Positions 1 through 9,393 of a stretch of 64,000 nt of DNA are shown here, one piece after another. The stretch spans positions 1,120,001 to 1,184,000 of the forward strand of contig CBDCJO010000002.1 of the NCBI GenBank assembly GCA_965217865.1, read 5' to 3'. The notes under the pieces are model-generated. The model saw nothing but the letters and a program-made list of their open reading frames with translations, made no database searches and was not told the origin of the DNA. Position 1 is the first letter of the stretch; each line of letters starts with the position of its first letter. The position numbers and the translations under genes were made by a program. Source of the stretch: Candidatus Latescibacterota bacterium (GTDB lineage Bacteria > Latescibacterota > UBA2968 > SICM01).

Positions 1-1
1 C

Positions 2-1168
2 GGCCGCCGAGGTGGAAAGGTTGATGCGGAGTTCGTCCCCCTCGAAGATCAACGCCCGGGTGATCATTTCCCCGCCGTCGTACGGGGCCTGGACCGACAC
101 GAATCCATCGGTCCGCAGAGTCATGCGGCGCACGCAGTTCGTCTTAGTTCGCCAGTGTTCGGTGATGTACATCGACAACTGTGCCGGCCCCGTCTCCAGG
201 ATTCCCCGCATGACGTAGATGCTGCGTTCGTGCCAATTTTCCGGGTCCGGGCCGGGCCTGACGAAGGCCTCTTTGAAAGTCCTATCGAATCGGATCCCGT
301 CGCGGCTGGTCATAAACACCCCGTCGTTCACCCCGGGGTATGGCCAGTCGGGGGTTGGTGAGCGACCGTCGACGAAGCGGGAAGGGAACATCAGGTACAA
401 ACCCGGCGATCGTTCGTAAGGCACGCACGAGTTTGTATACAGATGTTCGATCGGTTCGTCCCCCGTGTCGATGGGCTCAAGCGGAGTCCAGTTGACAAAG
501 TCCTCCGACTCCGCGCGTCGAATCCAGCGGACACCCTCTTTGAAGTTTTTGTTGGCCCCGTGGCCGGCAGATCCATCTGTTTTGACACCCCGGGTATACA
601 TAACGTACTTGCCCGTCCACGGATCGTGAAAAGCGATGTTGTGGGAATCGAACGGGCCGTCCGTCTGAACGGGCTCTGGGTTCTTTCGTGTCCAGTGGAT
701 TCCGTCAGCGGATGTCGCGGTGTAGACACCCCCATGCCTTCCGATACCCTTGTAACGTTCGTCCGCAGGCGTATCCGGATTTAGATCGATAAAAGGCGCG
801 AAGTTGGTCAGCTCTCGTTCGTCCAGAACCAGATTGTTGTCTCTCGAACCCTGATATTCGATCACATCGAGCGACGGCTTGTTCCATCTGATCCCGTTTT
901 CGCTTTCAGCGTAAGCGGTCATGCAGCCTTGTCCAACCTTGCTTCCCTCAAAGGGGCTGCACCGGTACCACATCCGATATTTTTCCCCATCCTTGAAAAC
1001 CACCGCATAGGCCACGCCCCCCAATTCCCAGGGATGTTCAAGCGTAATCGCTCTATTTCTCATCTCCGGCCGATGCAGGACAAGCCTCGCATCCCTGATT
1101 GAATCGATAAGATTATCATCGACGAACAACTGTCTTGCAGTGCCGACATTGACAGGTGCATTTGACAT
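2..1168 (-). CDS. Beta-propeller glycoside-hydrolase-like protein (3' end runs off the window)
   Basis: Hand translation from ATG at 1168: MSNAPVNVGTARQLFVDDNLI...HPWELGG...YRMWY; the same frame at the window edge reads RRMTLRTDGFVSVQAP...ELRINLSTSAA. Shares the LF.DD start and LR.DGF motif with 12357..13805. Absent from the ORF track because it has no stop in the window; the middle was not fully read. Confidence 0.8.
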   Translation of the reverse strand, partial: MSNAPVNVGTARQLFVDDNLIDSIRDARLVLHRPEMRNRAITLEHPWELGGVAYAVVFKDGEKYRMWYRCSPFEGSKVGQGCMTAYAESENGIRWNKPSLDVIEYQGSRDNNLVLDERELTNFAPFIDLNPDTPADERYKGIGRHGGVYTATSADGIHWTRKNPEPVQTDGPFDSHNIAFHDPWTGKYVMYTRGVKTDGSAGHGANKNFKEGVRWIRRAESEDFVNWTPLEPIDTGDEPIEHLYTNSCVPYERSPGLYLMFPSRFVDGRSPTPDWPYPGVNDGVFMTSRDGIRFDRTFKEAFVRPGPDPENWHERSIYVMRGILETGPAQLSMYITEHWRTKTNCVRRMTLRTDGFVSVQAPYDGGEMITRALIFEGDELRINLSTSAA

Positions 1169-1421
1169 AACCCCCCCCAGGCGCTTCGTTGAGAAACTCT
1201 CCATTCCGGATTCATCCGGAATTCCACACGATGCTCAAGAATATACGCCAATGATCTGTCGGTTCAATAAAAAAAGGGAAGGGATAATAAAAACTGGCTC
1301 CGAGACAATTCGTTGTTGTATATTTGGACCTTGTCTCGTTGGGATCAACAGCCACGGGGCACAAGGATAAGAGGTCGAGGAGAAGAGCAGAACCCAGGGA
1401 GGGAGATGTTTCGATACAGAC

Positions 1422-2597
1422 TTAAGGGACAAGTTCGAAAGTCAGGGAACGTCCGGCCACCCTTCGGCTGAAGGCAACGGCCGACTTCGCGCTTTTTTGG
1501 AAGACCACCACGATCTCCTGATTCGCTAAAGTATCGTTGATCACTTTTCGATCGCCCATCTCTGAGAAAGGATAGGCTTTCGCAGTCTGATCCATGAGCA
1601 GCCCAAAAACCATCTCTTTAGGATGGAACCTTTCATCGATCGGCGTCTCCTGCGGGAAATAGATTTGCCGATTGTTCGTATATCCCTGGATCACATAAAT
1701 GTCTGCCTGGTAACTTCTGGAATAACCCGTCCTGGATGAAAGCACGGTCGTTTCGGGATGGAGTTCTTTCCACGCCGCCCAGGTGCCCTGGAAGATGGGA
1801 AGAAGATTGAGCCGCTCCCCGGCCCGCTCGCCTTGAATGCTGCTGAGGCGCATTTGCGACCAGATGCTCGAAGATGTCCGTTGATCGCCTGAGGAGATCT
1901 GGTCGTACATGACCAGGTTGTTGTTGAAAAGGTTGCCTGTATTGCCGAACGCGATGTCATCGCCTTCAAAGTTGATCCCGGAGGCCGTGAGAGGGCAGTA
2001 GGTGACGACGATCTTTTTCCCACCCACCGTGTGGTTGACAATTTCGTGCCAGTTCAAGATCTTCACCGGATAAGCCCTCGCGTCCCCGTTGATATCGACA
2101 CCCAGGACAAGATCGTTTTCGGGCAATTCGACTTGATCTGCCGCGACGAATTGAGCAAACCCGAAGTTTCCCTGCGGGTTCTCCAGGGGTGGGATCGCGT
2201 CCTTCGGTACGGAAACAATGATCTCAGTTTCGGGAACGCTGCCAAAACTATCCGGTGAAAGCCGCCCGCTTGATTCGTCCGATCCGCCTTCTTCCCATAC
2301 GGCCGTATCCCCCCAGAAGGAGGCCCAGGCAAACCAGTACGCGCTGTAGGCCGGGATCTGAGTGAGCCTTTGACCCGAAAGCGGGCCCTGGACAGCCAGT
2401 CCTTTCAGGTCCCAAACCGTATTTGTCTCAAGATCTTTGAACTGAAGAAGCGTTTTGGAAGAAGACGCTCCATCGGAATCATCGGTCTGAGCAGACCCGC
2501 TTTCAAGTCCGGGGACCGGCTCGTCGGGGCCGCTTGGCCCCCCGCACGAAACCGCGACAGCCGCAAGAATCACAGCGGCCAGTCGATTTCTTTTCAT
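1422..2597 (-). CDS. DUF3179-family lipoprotein, apparently circularly permuted
   Basis: Start MKRNRLAAVILAAVAVSC (lipobox-like) after a GGAG RBS. DUF3179 motifs: KDAIPPL, ARAYPVKILNWHEIVN, VTYCPLTASG, GNLFNNNLVMYD, TWAAWKELHPETTVLS. Confidence 0.85.
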   Translation of the reverse strand: MKRNRLAAVILAAVAVSCGGPSGPDEPVPGLESGSAQTDDSDGASSSKTLLQFKDLETNTVWDLKGLAVQGPLSGQRLTQIPAYSAYWFAWASFWGDTAVWEEGGSDESSGRLSPDSFGSVPETEIIVSVPKDAIPPLENPQGNFGFAQFVAADQVELPENDLVLGVDINGDARAYPVKILNWHEIVNHTVGGKKIVVTYCPLTASGINFEGDDIAFGNTGNLFNNNLVMYDQISSGDQRTSSSIWSQMRLSSIQGERAGERLNLLPIFQGTWAAWKELHPETTVLSSRTGYSRSYQADIYVIQGYTNNRQIYFPQETPIDERFHPKEMVFGLLMDQTAKAYPFSEMGDRKVINDTLANQEIVVVFQKSAKSAVAFSRRVAGRSLTFELVP

Positions 2598-2668
2598 CTG
2601 AATCTCCTTTTTGTCTCTATGGTATGACATTGTAGGGGTTCGAAAAGTTCCTCTAATATTCCTTATAT

Positions 2669-4450
2669 ATGGACCGAGACCAGGAATCCATCTATCTGCT
2701 CGACATGAGTACATGTCGGCCTCACGATGCCATTTCCAGGAGCTTTGAGGAAGGAAAATGGATCGCCTGCGATTATTCCATCCGGCACGGCGAAGGCAAA
2801 ATGCTTTTTTCCAGTCCGGATTCCCAAGTTCCTGCGATAAGGCTCGATCCCGGAGTGAAAGGTTGGCATCACATCTTCGTCGGGACATTCCGCCATCGCG
2901 TGTATCCCAACAATTGTCTGTTGCTAAAGTTAAAATCCGATCCGGGATATACGAGGGCTATCCAGGAGGACTTTCGATTCGGTAAGGACCTTGTATCCAA
3001 AGACATGATCCCGGGGGAGACCGATATCTGTGAGGCCTTCTGGAAGTCCTCAGATCTCAGCGGTCAGGAGATCGTGTTCCATCGGCCATCGGCCGGTGCT
3101 ATTGCGGAGTCCGTCACAAACATCGCGTATATCCGGCTGGTCCCCCTCTCTTCGTCGGAACGGGATACGGCAAAGCGGGATTTGATTCGAACCGACACTC
3201 GACTTCTGATCGCAAACTACGACTCCAACCAGCACACGATGTGGGCATACGAAAGCGATCAGGACATGGTCGACGAATTTCAGGCCCTGGCCCAAAGCGA
3301 CTTCAAGATGGTACTCTGGGGGTGTGCCGCGGCTTTTGCCACCTTCTATCCCTCACGTGTATGTTCGGAGATCCGATGGACGTTCGGGGCCATCCCCCCG
3401 GGGGGATGGGGTGGTGGGGCATTCGGAAGAACCAGGGGGGGGACTCAGACCGTAAACCGTTATAGCCAAAACGGTTTCGATCCCCTTAAGGCCGCCGTTC
3501 GTCGAGCACACGAAATCGGGATCGAGATCTATCCGCAGGTGCGGATGGTTGGGGAGCAACTTCCCCCCAATCACAGAGATTGGGCGGGGCCGGGTGATTT
3601 TCAGGAACAGCATCCCGAGTATCGCTCCTTAACCCCCGAGGGTCATCCGACCCGCCATCTGAGCCACGCCTTTCCCGATGTCAGAGCAAAATACGTGGAC
3701 CTCTTTCGAGAATGGGTCGAAGAATATGAAGCCGATGGGGTGAACATAATTTTCTGCAGATGCTGGCCTTACGTATTTTATGAGGACCCTGTGGTCGAAT
3801 CCTTCCGGGCCGCATTCGAAATAGACATGCGAAAACTGGATCCTTTCGATCAACGCGTCCTGCAGCACAGGTCCGACTTCCTGACACAACTGCTGAGGGA
3901 GACGCGAAAAATGCTGGATGAGGTGGGGGTCCGGCGGGGAAAGCGGCTGGGCACCTGCTACGTCGTGCCGGCAGACAGGGTGGCTACAGACTGTCCGGAT
4001 TTGGGGCCATTCACGGGTCCGCGTTCTCATGCCATGGATGTGGAGACATGGGTAGGAGAAGGATTGGTCGACCACCTGATCGTCCACATCGAGGGGGTGG
4101 GAAAACCGGATGCCGGCGACAGGGCTTCCCTCATACGCCCTTACGTAGATCTTGCCCGGGGGACGAAGGTGCAGGTTTACGCGGACCTCTATCCCAGGAG
4201 GCAATCCGCCGATTCCATGCGCACCAGAGCCATGGTATGTTATGAGGCCGGGGTAGACGGCCTCTGCTTCTGGGATTCTATGATTCGGGCACCCCGCCTG
4301 AGCGGATGGGCCATGCATCGCCTCCTGGGCCACAAGCAGGAACTCGACAAGATGAAACCCTTCGCTGAGGACATTTTCAGGCTGGAGCCGATGCTTACAT
4401 TCGACACCTTCTCGACACAAGACGAATACTGCTTGCCTACAGACGGATGA
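2669..4450 (+). CDS. GHL10/DUF187-like glycoside hydrolase family protein
   Basis: 593 aa ORF with DPLKAAVRRAHEIGIEIYPQVRM, EQHPEY, LSHAFPDVR, YEADGVNIIF, DVETWVGEGLVD and GVDGLCFWD; no signal peptide seen. Confidence 0.75.
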   Translation: MDRDQESIYLLDMSTCRPHDAISRSFEEGKWIACDYSIRHGEGKMLFSSPDSQVPAIRLDPGVKGWHHIFVGTFRHRVYPNNCLLLKLKSDPGYTRAIQEDFRFGKDLVSKDMIPGETDICEAFWKSSDLSGQEIVFHRPSAGAIAESVTNIAYIRLVPLSSSERDTAKRDLIRTDTRLLIANYDSNQHTMWAYESDQDMVDEFQALAQSDFKMVLWGCAAAFATFYPSRVCSEIRWTFGAIPPGGWGGGAFGRTRGGTQTVNRYSQNGFDPLKAAVRRAHEIGIEIYPQVRMVGEQLPPNHRDWAGPGDFQEQHPEYRSLTPEGHPTRHLSHAFPDVRAKYVDLFREWVEEYEADGVNIIFCRCWPYVFYEDPVVESFRAAFEIDMRKLDPFDQRVLQHRSDFLTQLLRETRKMLDEVGVRRGKRLGTCYVVPADRVATDCPDLGPFTGPRSHAMDVETWVGEGLVDHLIVHIEGVGKPDAGDRASLIRPYVDLARGTKVQVYADLYPRRQSADSMRTRAMVCYEAGVDGLCFWDSMIRAPRLSGWAMHRLLGHKQELDKMKPFAEDIFRLEPMLTFDTFSTQDEYCLPTDG

Positions 4451-4499
4451 ATTACTTTCAAATCAAATTCACGATCTTTTTCAGGAGGTGACATCGATC

Positions 4500-5246
4500 A
4501 TGAGAGGTCTAAAAGATAAAGTGGCCATCGTGACCGGGGGGTTGGGAGATATCGGTTATGCCAGCGCGGAGAGACTCGTAGATGAGGGCTGCAAGGTGGC
4601 CATTTTTGACGCCCGGGAGGATGATAAATCCCTTGCAGAAAAAATCAACTGCCGCTTTTTCAAGGTGGATATAAGCGACGAAAACCAGGTGGAGGAGGCG
4701 TCCAAAGCCGTTGCGTCATCCGTTGGGGACGTTTCCATTCTCGTAAACTGCGCGGCGGTCTTTGTTCTCAAGAGCATAGACGCGAGCCCGGAAGATTGGC
4801 AGAAGATCCTGAGTGTAAACGTTATGGGCACCTCGCTGGTCACCAAGCACGTGGTGCCCCTTATGGAGAAGTTTGGGAGTGGAAGCATCGTCAATTTCTC
4901 GTCTATAAGCGGATATGTCGGACAGGCAAATTTCGCGACCTACAATGCCACGAAGTTCGCGATTCGGGGACTGACCAAATGCTGGGCCCAGGACCTGGCC
5001 CCGAAGAGAATCCGGGTAAACAGTATCTGTCCCGGTTACGTCATCACCACGGCCTTCGAAAACACATGCAAACAGTTCGGTCTGGATTATGAGGAGGAAA
5101 AACGGAAGGCCCTGACGATACAGCTCCTGCCTGACGTTCCGACACCCGAAGGCGTTGCGGCCGGGGTGGCCTTCCTTGCGAGTGACGATTCCTCGATTAT
5201 GACAGGAAGCGATCTGATCGTGGACGCGGGTTATCTGGCGAAGTGA
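4500..5246 (+). CDS. SDR family NAD(P)-dependent oxidoreductase
   Basis: TGGLGDIG Rossmann motif, YNATK catalytic motif, IRVNSICPG; AGGAGG at 4483-4488. Confidence 0.92.
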   Translation: MRGLKDKVAIVTGGLGDIGYASAERLVDEGCKVAIFDAREDDKSLAEKINCRFFKVDISDENQVEEASKAVASSVGDVSILVNCAAVFVLKSIDASPEDWQKILSVNVMGTSLVTKHVVPLMEKFGSGSIVNFSSISGYVGQANFATYNATKFAIRGLTKCWAQDLAPKRIRVNSICPGYVITTAFENTCKQFGLDYEEEKRKALTIQLLPDVPTPEGVAAGVAFLASDDSSIMTGSDLIVDAGYLAK

Positions 5247-5304
5247 CAATATCCTTCCGGCCGGGAGTCCCCTCAGTCGGTTGGAAATTTTCAGGGGATG
5301 GATT

Positions 5305-6648
5305 ATGCGATTAGAAAATCACCACGGAATTCGGGAGGCGCCAAAGGGGCTGGGAGGGGCACTGCGCAATATCGGACCTGGAATCGTCGTGTCCGGTTCG
5401 ATCGTGGGTTCGGGGGAACTCCTTGTGACCACGCGAATGGGCGCGGAAGTGGGTTTTGTCTTCCTCTGGGGTGTAATCGTAGCGAGCATTGTGAAATTTT
5501 TCATCCAGCTGGAGCTGGGACGGCAATGCATCCTTTACAATCAAACGACCATCCAGGCCCTCGATCGAGTACCCGGCCTGCGAGTATTGAATAACTCCTG
5601 GGCTTCCTGGTTGTGTGTGATCGGGTATTTTTCCGTGATGATCGCTGTCATCGGGATCCTCGGATCGGTCGCCGGTCTGATGTCCTCGGTCTTTCCATCC
5701 GTATCTTATTCCGTCTGGGCCGTCCTGATTTTTCTTTTGATGAGCGTCCTGCTCTACAGGGGGCTCTACAAAGATCTGGAAAAGATGATATCGCTTCTGG
5801 TTGCCAGCTTCAGCCTGATCGTGATCGGATCGTCCATTTTCCTCCTGAGAACCCCCTATGCATTCACGACTTCGGAGCTGATGTCCGGATTTCGTTTCAC
5901 CCTTCCCCCGGAAGGTGCCTTCGTGGCCTTAGCGGTAATGGGTTCGGTAGGGGCCACCGCAGTTGAATTGTTCATGTATCCGTACTGGATTCGGGAGAAA
6001 GGGTATCCGGATTTCGTGGGGCCCCAGGAAGACTCTCCAGAATGGCATGAGCGCTATCGGGGATGGATGCGCGTCCTCTTCGCGGATGCCCTGGTTTGCA
6101 CCGGCATCGCCACAGTCATTACGTGCGCCTATTATCTCCTGGGAGCTTCCATCCTGAAGCGAATGGAGGTGTTGCCTGAGGGCATGAAAGTTGTTGAGAG
6201 TGTGTCGCTGATCTTCACGCAGAGCTTTGGACCCTGGGCGAAGGGCGTATTCATGTTCGGGGGCTTCTGCACCCTGTTTTCCACCCTGCTTGTCTTCACC
6301 GCCAGTTCAGGGCGAATCGGGGTTGACTTTCTCCATCAGGTCGGAGTGAGAGCTCTCGACCGGGAGAGTGTCCGCCGCAGACTTCTTCGCATTCTGCAGA
6401 TCGCATTTCCCTTTCTCTGGCTCTGCGTTATTCTTGTAATACCGGACACCCCCCTTGCCCTGGTCCTGATCGGGGCCAATGCCAACAACCTGCTGCTTAT
6501 CCCTATGGCCTACGGGGTGGCACACCTGGCCATGCGGACCGCGGGAAGGGTGCGAATGCCCGTCTGGAGCGAGCTTGGACTCCTGTTCACCATCTGGGTG
6601 ATCATTAACTTTACGGCCGTTAACCTTTATTTGAAGTGGACCCAGTAA
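5305..6648 (+). CDS. Nramp/APC-superfamily secondary transporter (substrate unknown)
   Basis: IGPGIVVSGSIVGSGEL, KFFIQLELGR, FMYPYW and about 11 hydrophobic segments. Confidence 0.8.
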   Translation: MRLENHHGIREAPKGLGGALRNIGPGIVVSGSIVGSGELLVTTRMGAEVGFVFLWGVIVASIVKFFIQLELGRQCILYNQTTIQALDRVPGLRVLNNSWASWLCVIGYFSVMIAVIGILGSVAGLMSSVFPSVSYSVWAVLIFLLMSVLLYRGLYKDLEKMISLLVASFSLIVIGSSIFLLRTPYAFTTSELMSGFRFTLPPEGAFVALAVMGSVGATAVELFMYPYWIREKGYPDFVGPQEDSPEWHERYRGWMRVLFADALVCTGIATVITCAYYLLGASILKRMEVLPEGMKVVESVSLIFTQSFGPWAKGVFMFGGFCTLFSTLLVFTASSGRIGVDFLHQVGVRALDRESVRRRLLRILQIAFPFLWLCVILVIPDTPLALVLIGANANNLLLIPMAYGVAHLAMRTAGRVRMPVWSELGLLFTIWVIINFTAVNLYLKWTQ

Positions 6649-6649
6649 T

Positions 6650-7035
6650 ATTGAATATTGAATATCGGAGAATTGAATATTTTGAAAACCTCAGGCCTTT
6701 CCTGACTATGGATCTCTTCGATCTTCAATCTTCAATTCCCACTGGTTCCTGCCTTTCCTGCCGCTGCCACCTGCTACTGCTACAGCCTTTCCTGGCCCCT
6801 GACCTCAGGCCCCCCGAACTTCATTGAATATTGAATATCGGAGAATTGAATATTTGAAAACCTCAGGACTTTCCTGGCTGTGGATCTCTTCGATCTTCAA
6901 TCTTCAATTCTCACTGTCCTCTGCCTTTCCTGCCACTGCCACCTGCTACTGCTACAGCCTTTCCTGACCCCTGACCTCAGGCCTCTGACCCCTGACTTAC
7001 TTTGCATTTTCCATTTTTTATTTTGTATTTTTCAT
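6650..7035. repeat. Tandem duplication (period 173 bp) of a modular intergenic repeat
   Basis: ATTGAATATTGAATATCGGAGAATTGAATATTT starts at 6650 and 6823, each followed by near-identical TCTTCAA, CTGCC.CTGCCACCTGCTACTGC and CCCTGACCTC blocks; a TTTGCAT-type tail follows at about 7000-7035. Confidence 0.9.
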
Positions 7036-8409
7036 TTCCCTTTTATACTCTGCAAGCCTCTTCCAGAAGCGATCGGCTGTCCCCTTTCGATACCAGGCCC
7101 CCTCCTTCACAAGGACCGCCGGAATGCTGTAGAAAGAGATCACCGGAGGCCGATACTTGTGAATCATCTCCCAGCGTAAATCCTCTTCGATGTCGTCCAT
7201 AATACCCGCACCCTCCTCCCGAAGGCCGTCCACCTGCCCCCAGTGATCACAATAATGAACCATGAACCCGTAATCGGACTTACGCCCGGCCTCCCGCGCG
7301 AGCTCCATTCCGTTTGAAAGGAAATTCTCTTCGTAAAAGAGATAGTCCCGTACGGACTGGATGGTCTCGCTGATGAAACAGGTGATTTCCCGGTCCTTCA
7401 ACAGACGGGGAAGATCTACACCCATTCGTCGTCCTTGAGGCCAGTATCCCATCTCAATACCGGTGCGTGCGGACCTCGTCTTGAAGTTTCGATAGTCCAG
7501 CATCGTGACATCGTTGTTGAAGAAACAGACCCCCCTCCAGTCCGGTTCATCTGCGTGGTAGCGATTCACCCGTGCGGAGATACGATGAACGAAAGTTTCG
7601 TGATACAGGCCGCACAGGAAGTCCTCCCAGGCCAGCCATACTTTGTTTCCGCGAGGAATATCCGCGAACCGAGTAAATGACGGAACCTTTTCCGGGCGGT
7701 TGTCCGGGATGTAAACCGTCCGGTCCGGGTGTTCGGAAGTCATCTTGGCCTTGGGGACCGGAAACCGATCGACCTGCACCCCCTTCCACCGGATATCGTG
7801 TTCCGCGCAGTAGGCCTGCCATTTCTCGAAAACAGCAGGAGAATACGCGTGAAGCGTCCAGGGTTTGAGACCGGACCGGCGGTAGGGAAAATCCCACGTC
7901 GTGATGCGGCACTCCGGAAAGAAAAAGCCGTTCACCGCGCCCTTGACGTGGGGCCAGTAGCGGTCCTCAAGCACGTCCAGGAGCCAGTCCACCGCGTTAG
8001 GGTTCAGCGGGTCGAACACATGATTCCGCTGTTCCCAGACCGCCGGGGAGATCTGTCCGGATTCCTGCATGGTCCACGCCACAAGGTCTCCCGGCACGAC
8101 AGGCATATCCCGAAACTGCTTTTGCCACCGGATGCCCGCCCACATGTCCACACCGTGCGTTCGTCCGATCTCCGCGATCTTCCGTCCCATTCCTGCATCG
8201 GCCCGCTCGTACCAGTAGTTGACATAATCGAGACCGTCCACTTTGCCTGCGATCTGCTCAAAAAAGCGGGTCGCCCCATCCTCGGCCAGAAAAGTCTCGA
8301 AGTAGGGATCGAGACGGCGAAACATCGCGTTTTTCGGCACGCTGAAGGCCTCTTGCCCGAGAAAATATCCCGGCTTCAGCGAAGCAGGAGGGAAATATTT
8401 CTTGGCCAT
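7018..8409 (-). CDS. Hypothetical protein, possibly a TIM-barrel glycoside-hydrolase fold
   Basis: Long ORF from MAKKYF after a GGAG RBS; FDPLNPNAVDW, NGFFFPE and aromatic-rich composition. The fold is inferred. Confidence 0.65.
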   Translation of the reverse strand: MAKKYFPPASLKPGYFLGQEAFSVPKNAMFRRLDPYFETFLAEDGATRFFEQIAGKVDGLDYVNYWYERADAGMGRKIAEIGRTHGVDMWAGIRWQKQFRDMPVVPGDLVAWTMQESGQISPAVWEQRNHVFDPLNPNAVDWLLDVLEDRYWPHVKGAVNGFFFPECRITTWDFPYRRSGLKPWTLHAYSPAVFEKWQAYCAEHDIRWKGVQVDRFPVPKAKMTSEHPDRTVYIPDNRPEKVPSFTRFADIPRGNKVWLAWEDFLCGLYHETFVHRISARVNRYHADEPDWRGVCFFNNDVTMLDYRNFKTRSARTGIEMGYWPQGRRMGVDLPRLLKDREITCFISETIQSVRDYLFYEENFLSNGMELAREAGRKSDYGFMVHYCDHWGQVDGLREEGAGIMDDIEEDLRWEMIHKYRPPVISFYSIPAVLVKEGAWYRKGTADRFWKRLAEYKREMKNTK

Positions 8410-8444
8410 CGACGCTCCTGTCCCCACGACTGGGGTGTTTGCGA

Positions 8445-9302
8445 TTAATCCCTCAGCCTGTAAAAATCGACCGCGTTATCGTGAAACAGTTTTTTCAGTT
8501 CACCCTCAGAGCAGCCCGACACCGCCCAGGCCAGCGTCTCCACCCATCGGGGATATTCGGTCGCCTGATACGCGACCGGCCAGTCTCCGCCGTACATCAC
8601 ACGATCAAATCCGAAGCATCCGATCACGTGATCGAGATAGGGTTTCAGGTCCTCATTCGTCCAGTGTTGATGGTCCGCTTCCGTCACCAGGCCGGACACC
8701 TTGCACCAGACATTCGGGACTTCTGATAGCGATCTTATTCCCTCCCTCCACGGGTCGAAAACCCCTTCCTTGATATTGGGTTTCGCGATATGGTCCAGTA
8801 TGAATTTTACGTCCGGACATTGCCGGACAAAACGGATGGTATTCTCCAAGTGCACGTGAGAGATGCAGATGTCGAAACTCAAACCGAAATCCGAAAGCAT
8901 CTGGACCCCCCTGATGAAATCCGGTTGAAGGCAGAACGAAAGGTCCGGCTCGAACTGAATTATTCTGCGGATGCCTTTAATCAAACTGTTTTCCGACAGT
9001 TTCTCCACTTCAGCCCGCGCGCCTTCACCCTTTTCGAGCGGGGCCCAGGACACGATCCCTTGAATCCTCGGATCTTCCCGGGAAAGCCCGGTCACCCATT
9101 CGGCCTCCTGGGCGTACTGCGCAGGGTCGCATTCGCATTGCAGGAAAACCATTTTTTCGACCTGGACCGGACCGCAGGCCTTCTTGTAGTCATCCAGCAG
9201 AAAGGGCCGGTTCAAAAACGGGATGTCGTCCAGCCACGGGTAGTGCAGGCGTTCCACGTCCCAGACGTGTAGATGCGTATCTACGATCGGGAAATCGATC
9301 AT
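8445..9302 (-). CDS. Amidohydrolase_2 family protein, L-fuconolactonase-like sugar lactonase
   Basis: DTHLHVWD, GIRRIIQ, LDHIAKP, CKVSGLVTEAD, FGFDRVMYGGDWPV. Confidence 0.9.
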   Translation of the reverse strand: MIDFPIVDTHLHVWDVERLHYPWLDDIPFLNRPFLLDDYKKACGPVQVEKMVFLQCECDPAQYAQEAEWVTGLSREDPRIQGIVSWAPLEKGEGARAEVEKLSENSLIKGIRRIIQFEPDLSFCLQPDFIRGVQMLSDFGLSFDICISHVHLENTIRFVRQCPDVKFILDHIAKPNIKEGVFDPWREGIRSLSEVPNVWCKVSGLVTEADHQHWTNEDLKPYLDHVIGCFGFDRVMYGGDWPVAYQATEYPRWVETLAWAVSGCSEGELKKLFHDNAVDFYRLRD

Positions 9303-9393
9303 GCTGTTCTCCTTATGGCGGGGTTGTCCGGTCGCAACTTGGGGGACGGACCGGCGGAATATTCCCCGACCCACGGTACCGGACCATGTAAAT

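Noticed and set aside
1975-2005. DUF3179 as a selenoprotein, given selA in the window
   Set aside because: The VTYCPL cysteine codon is TGC and the frame has no internal TGA.
6636-7179. Two small ORFs sharing MDLFDLQSSI...CLSC.CHLLLLQPFL that look like a Cys-rich peptide family
   Set aside because: They are translations of the tandem intergenic repeat; a 1-nt indel separates the copies and the modules are shuffled at other sites.
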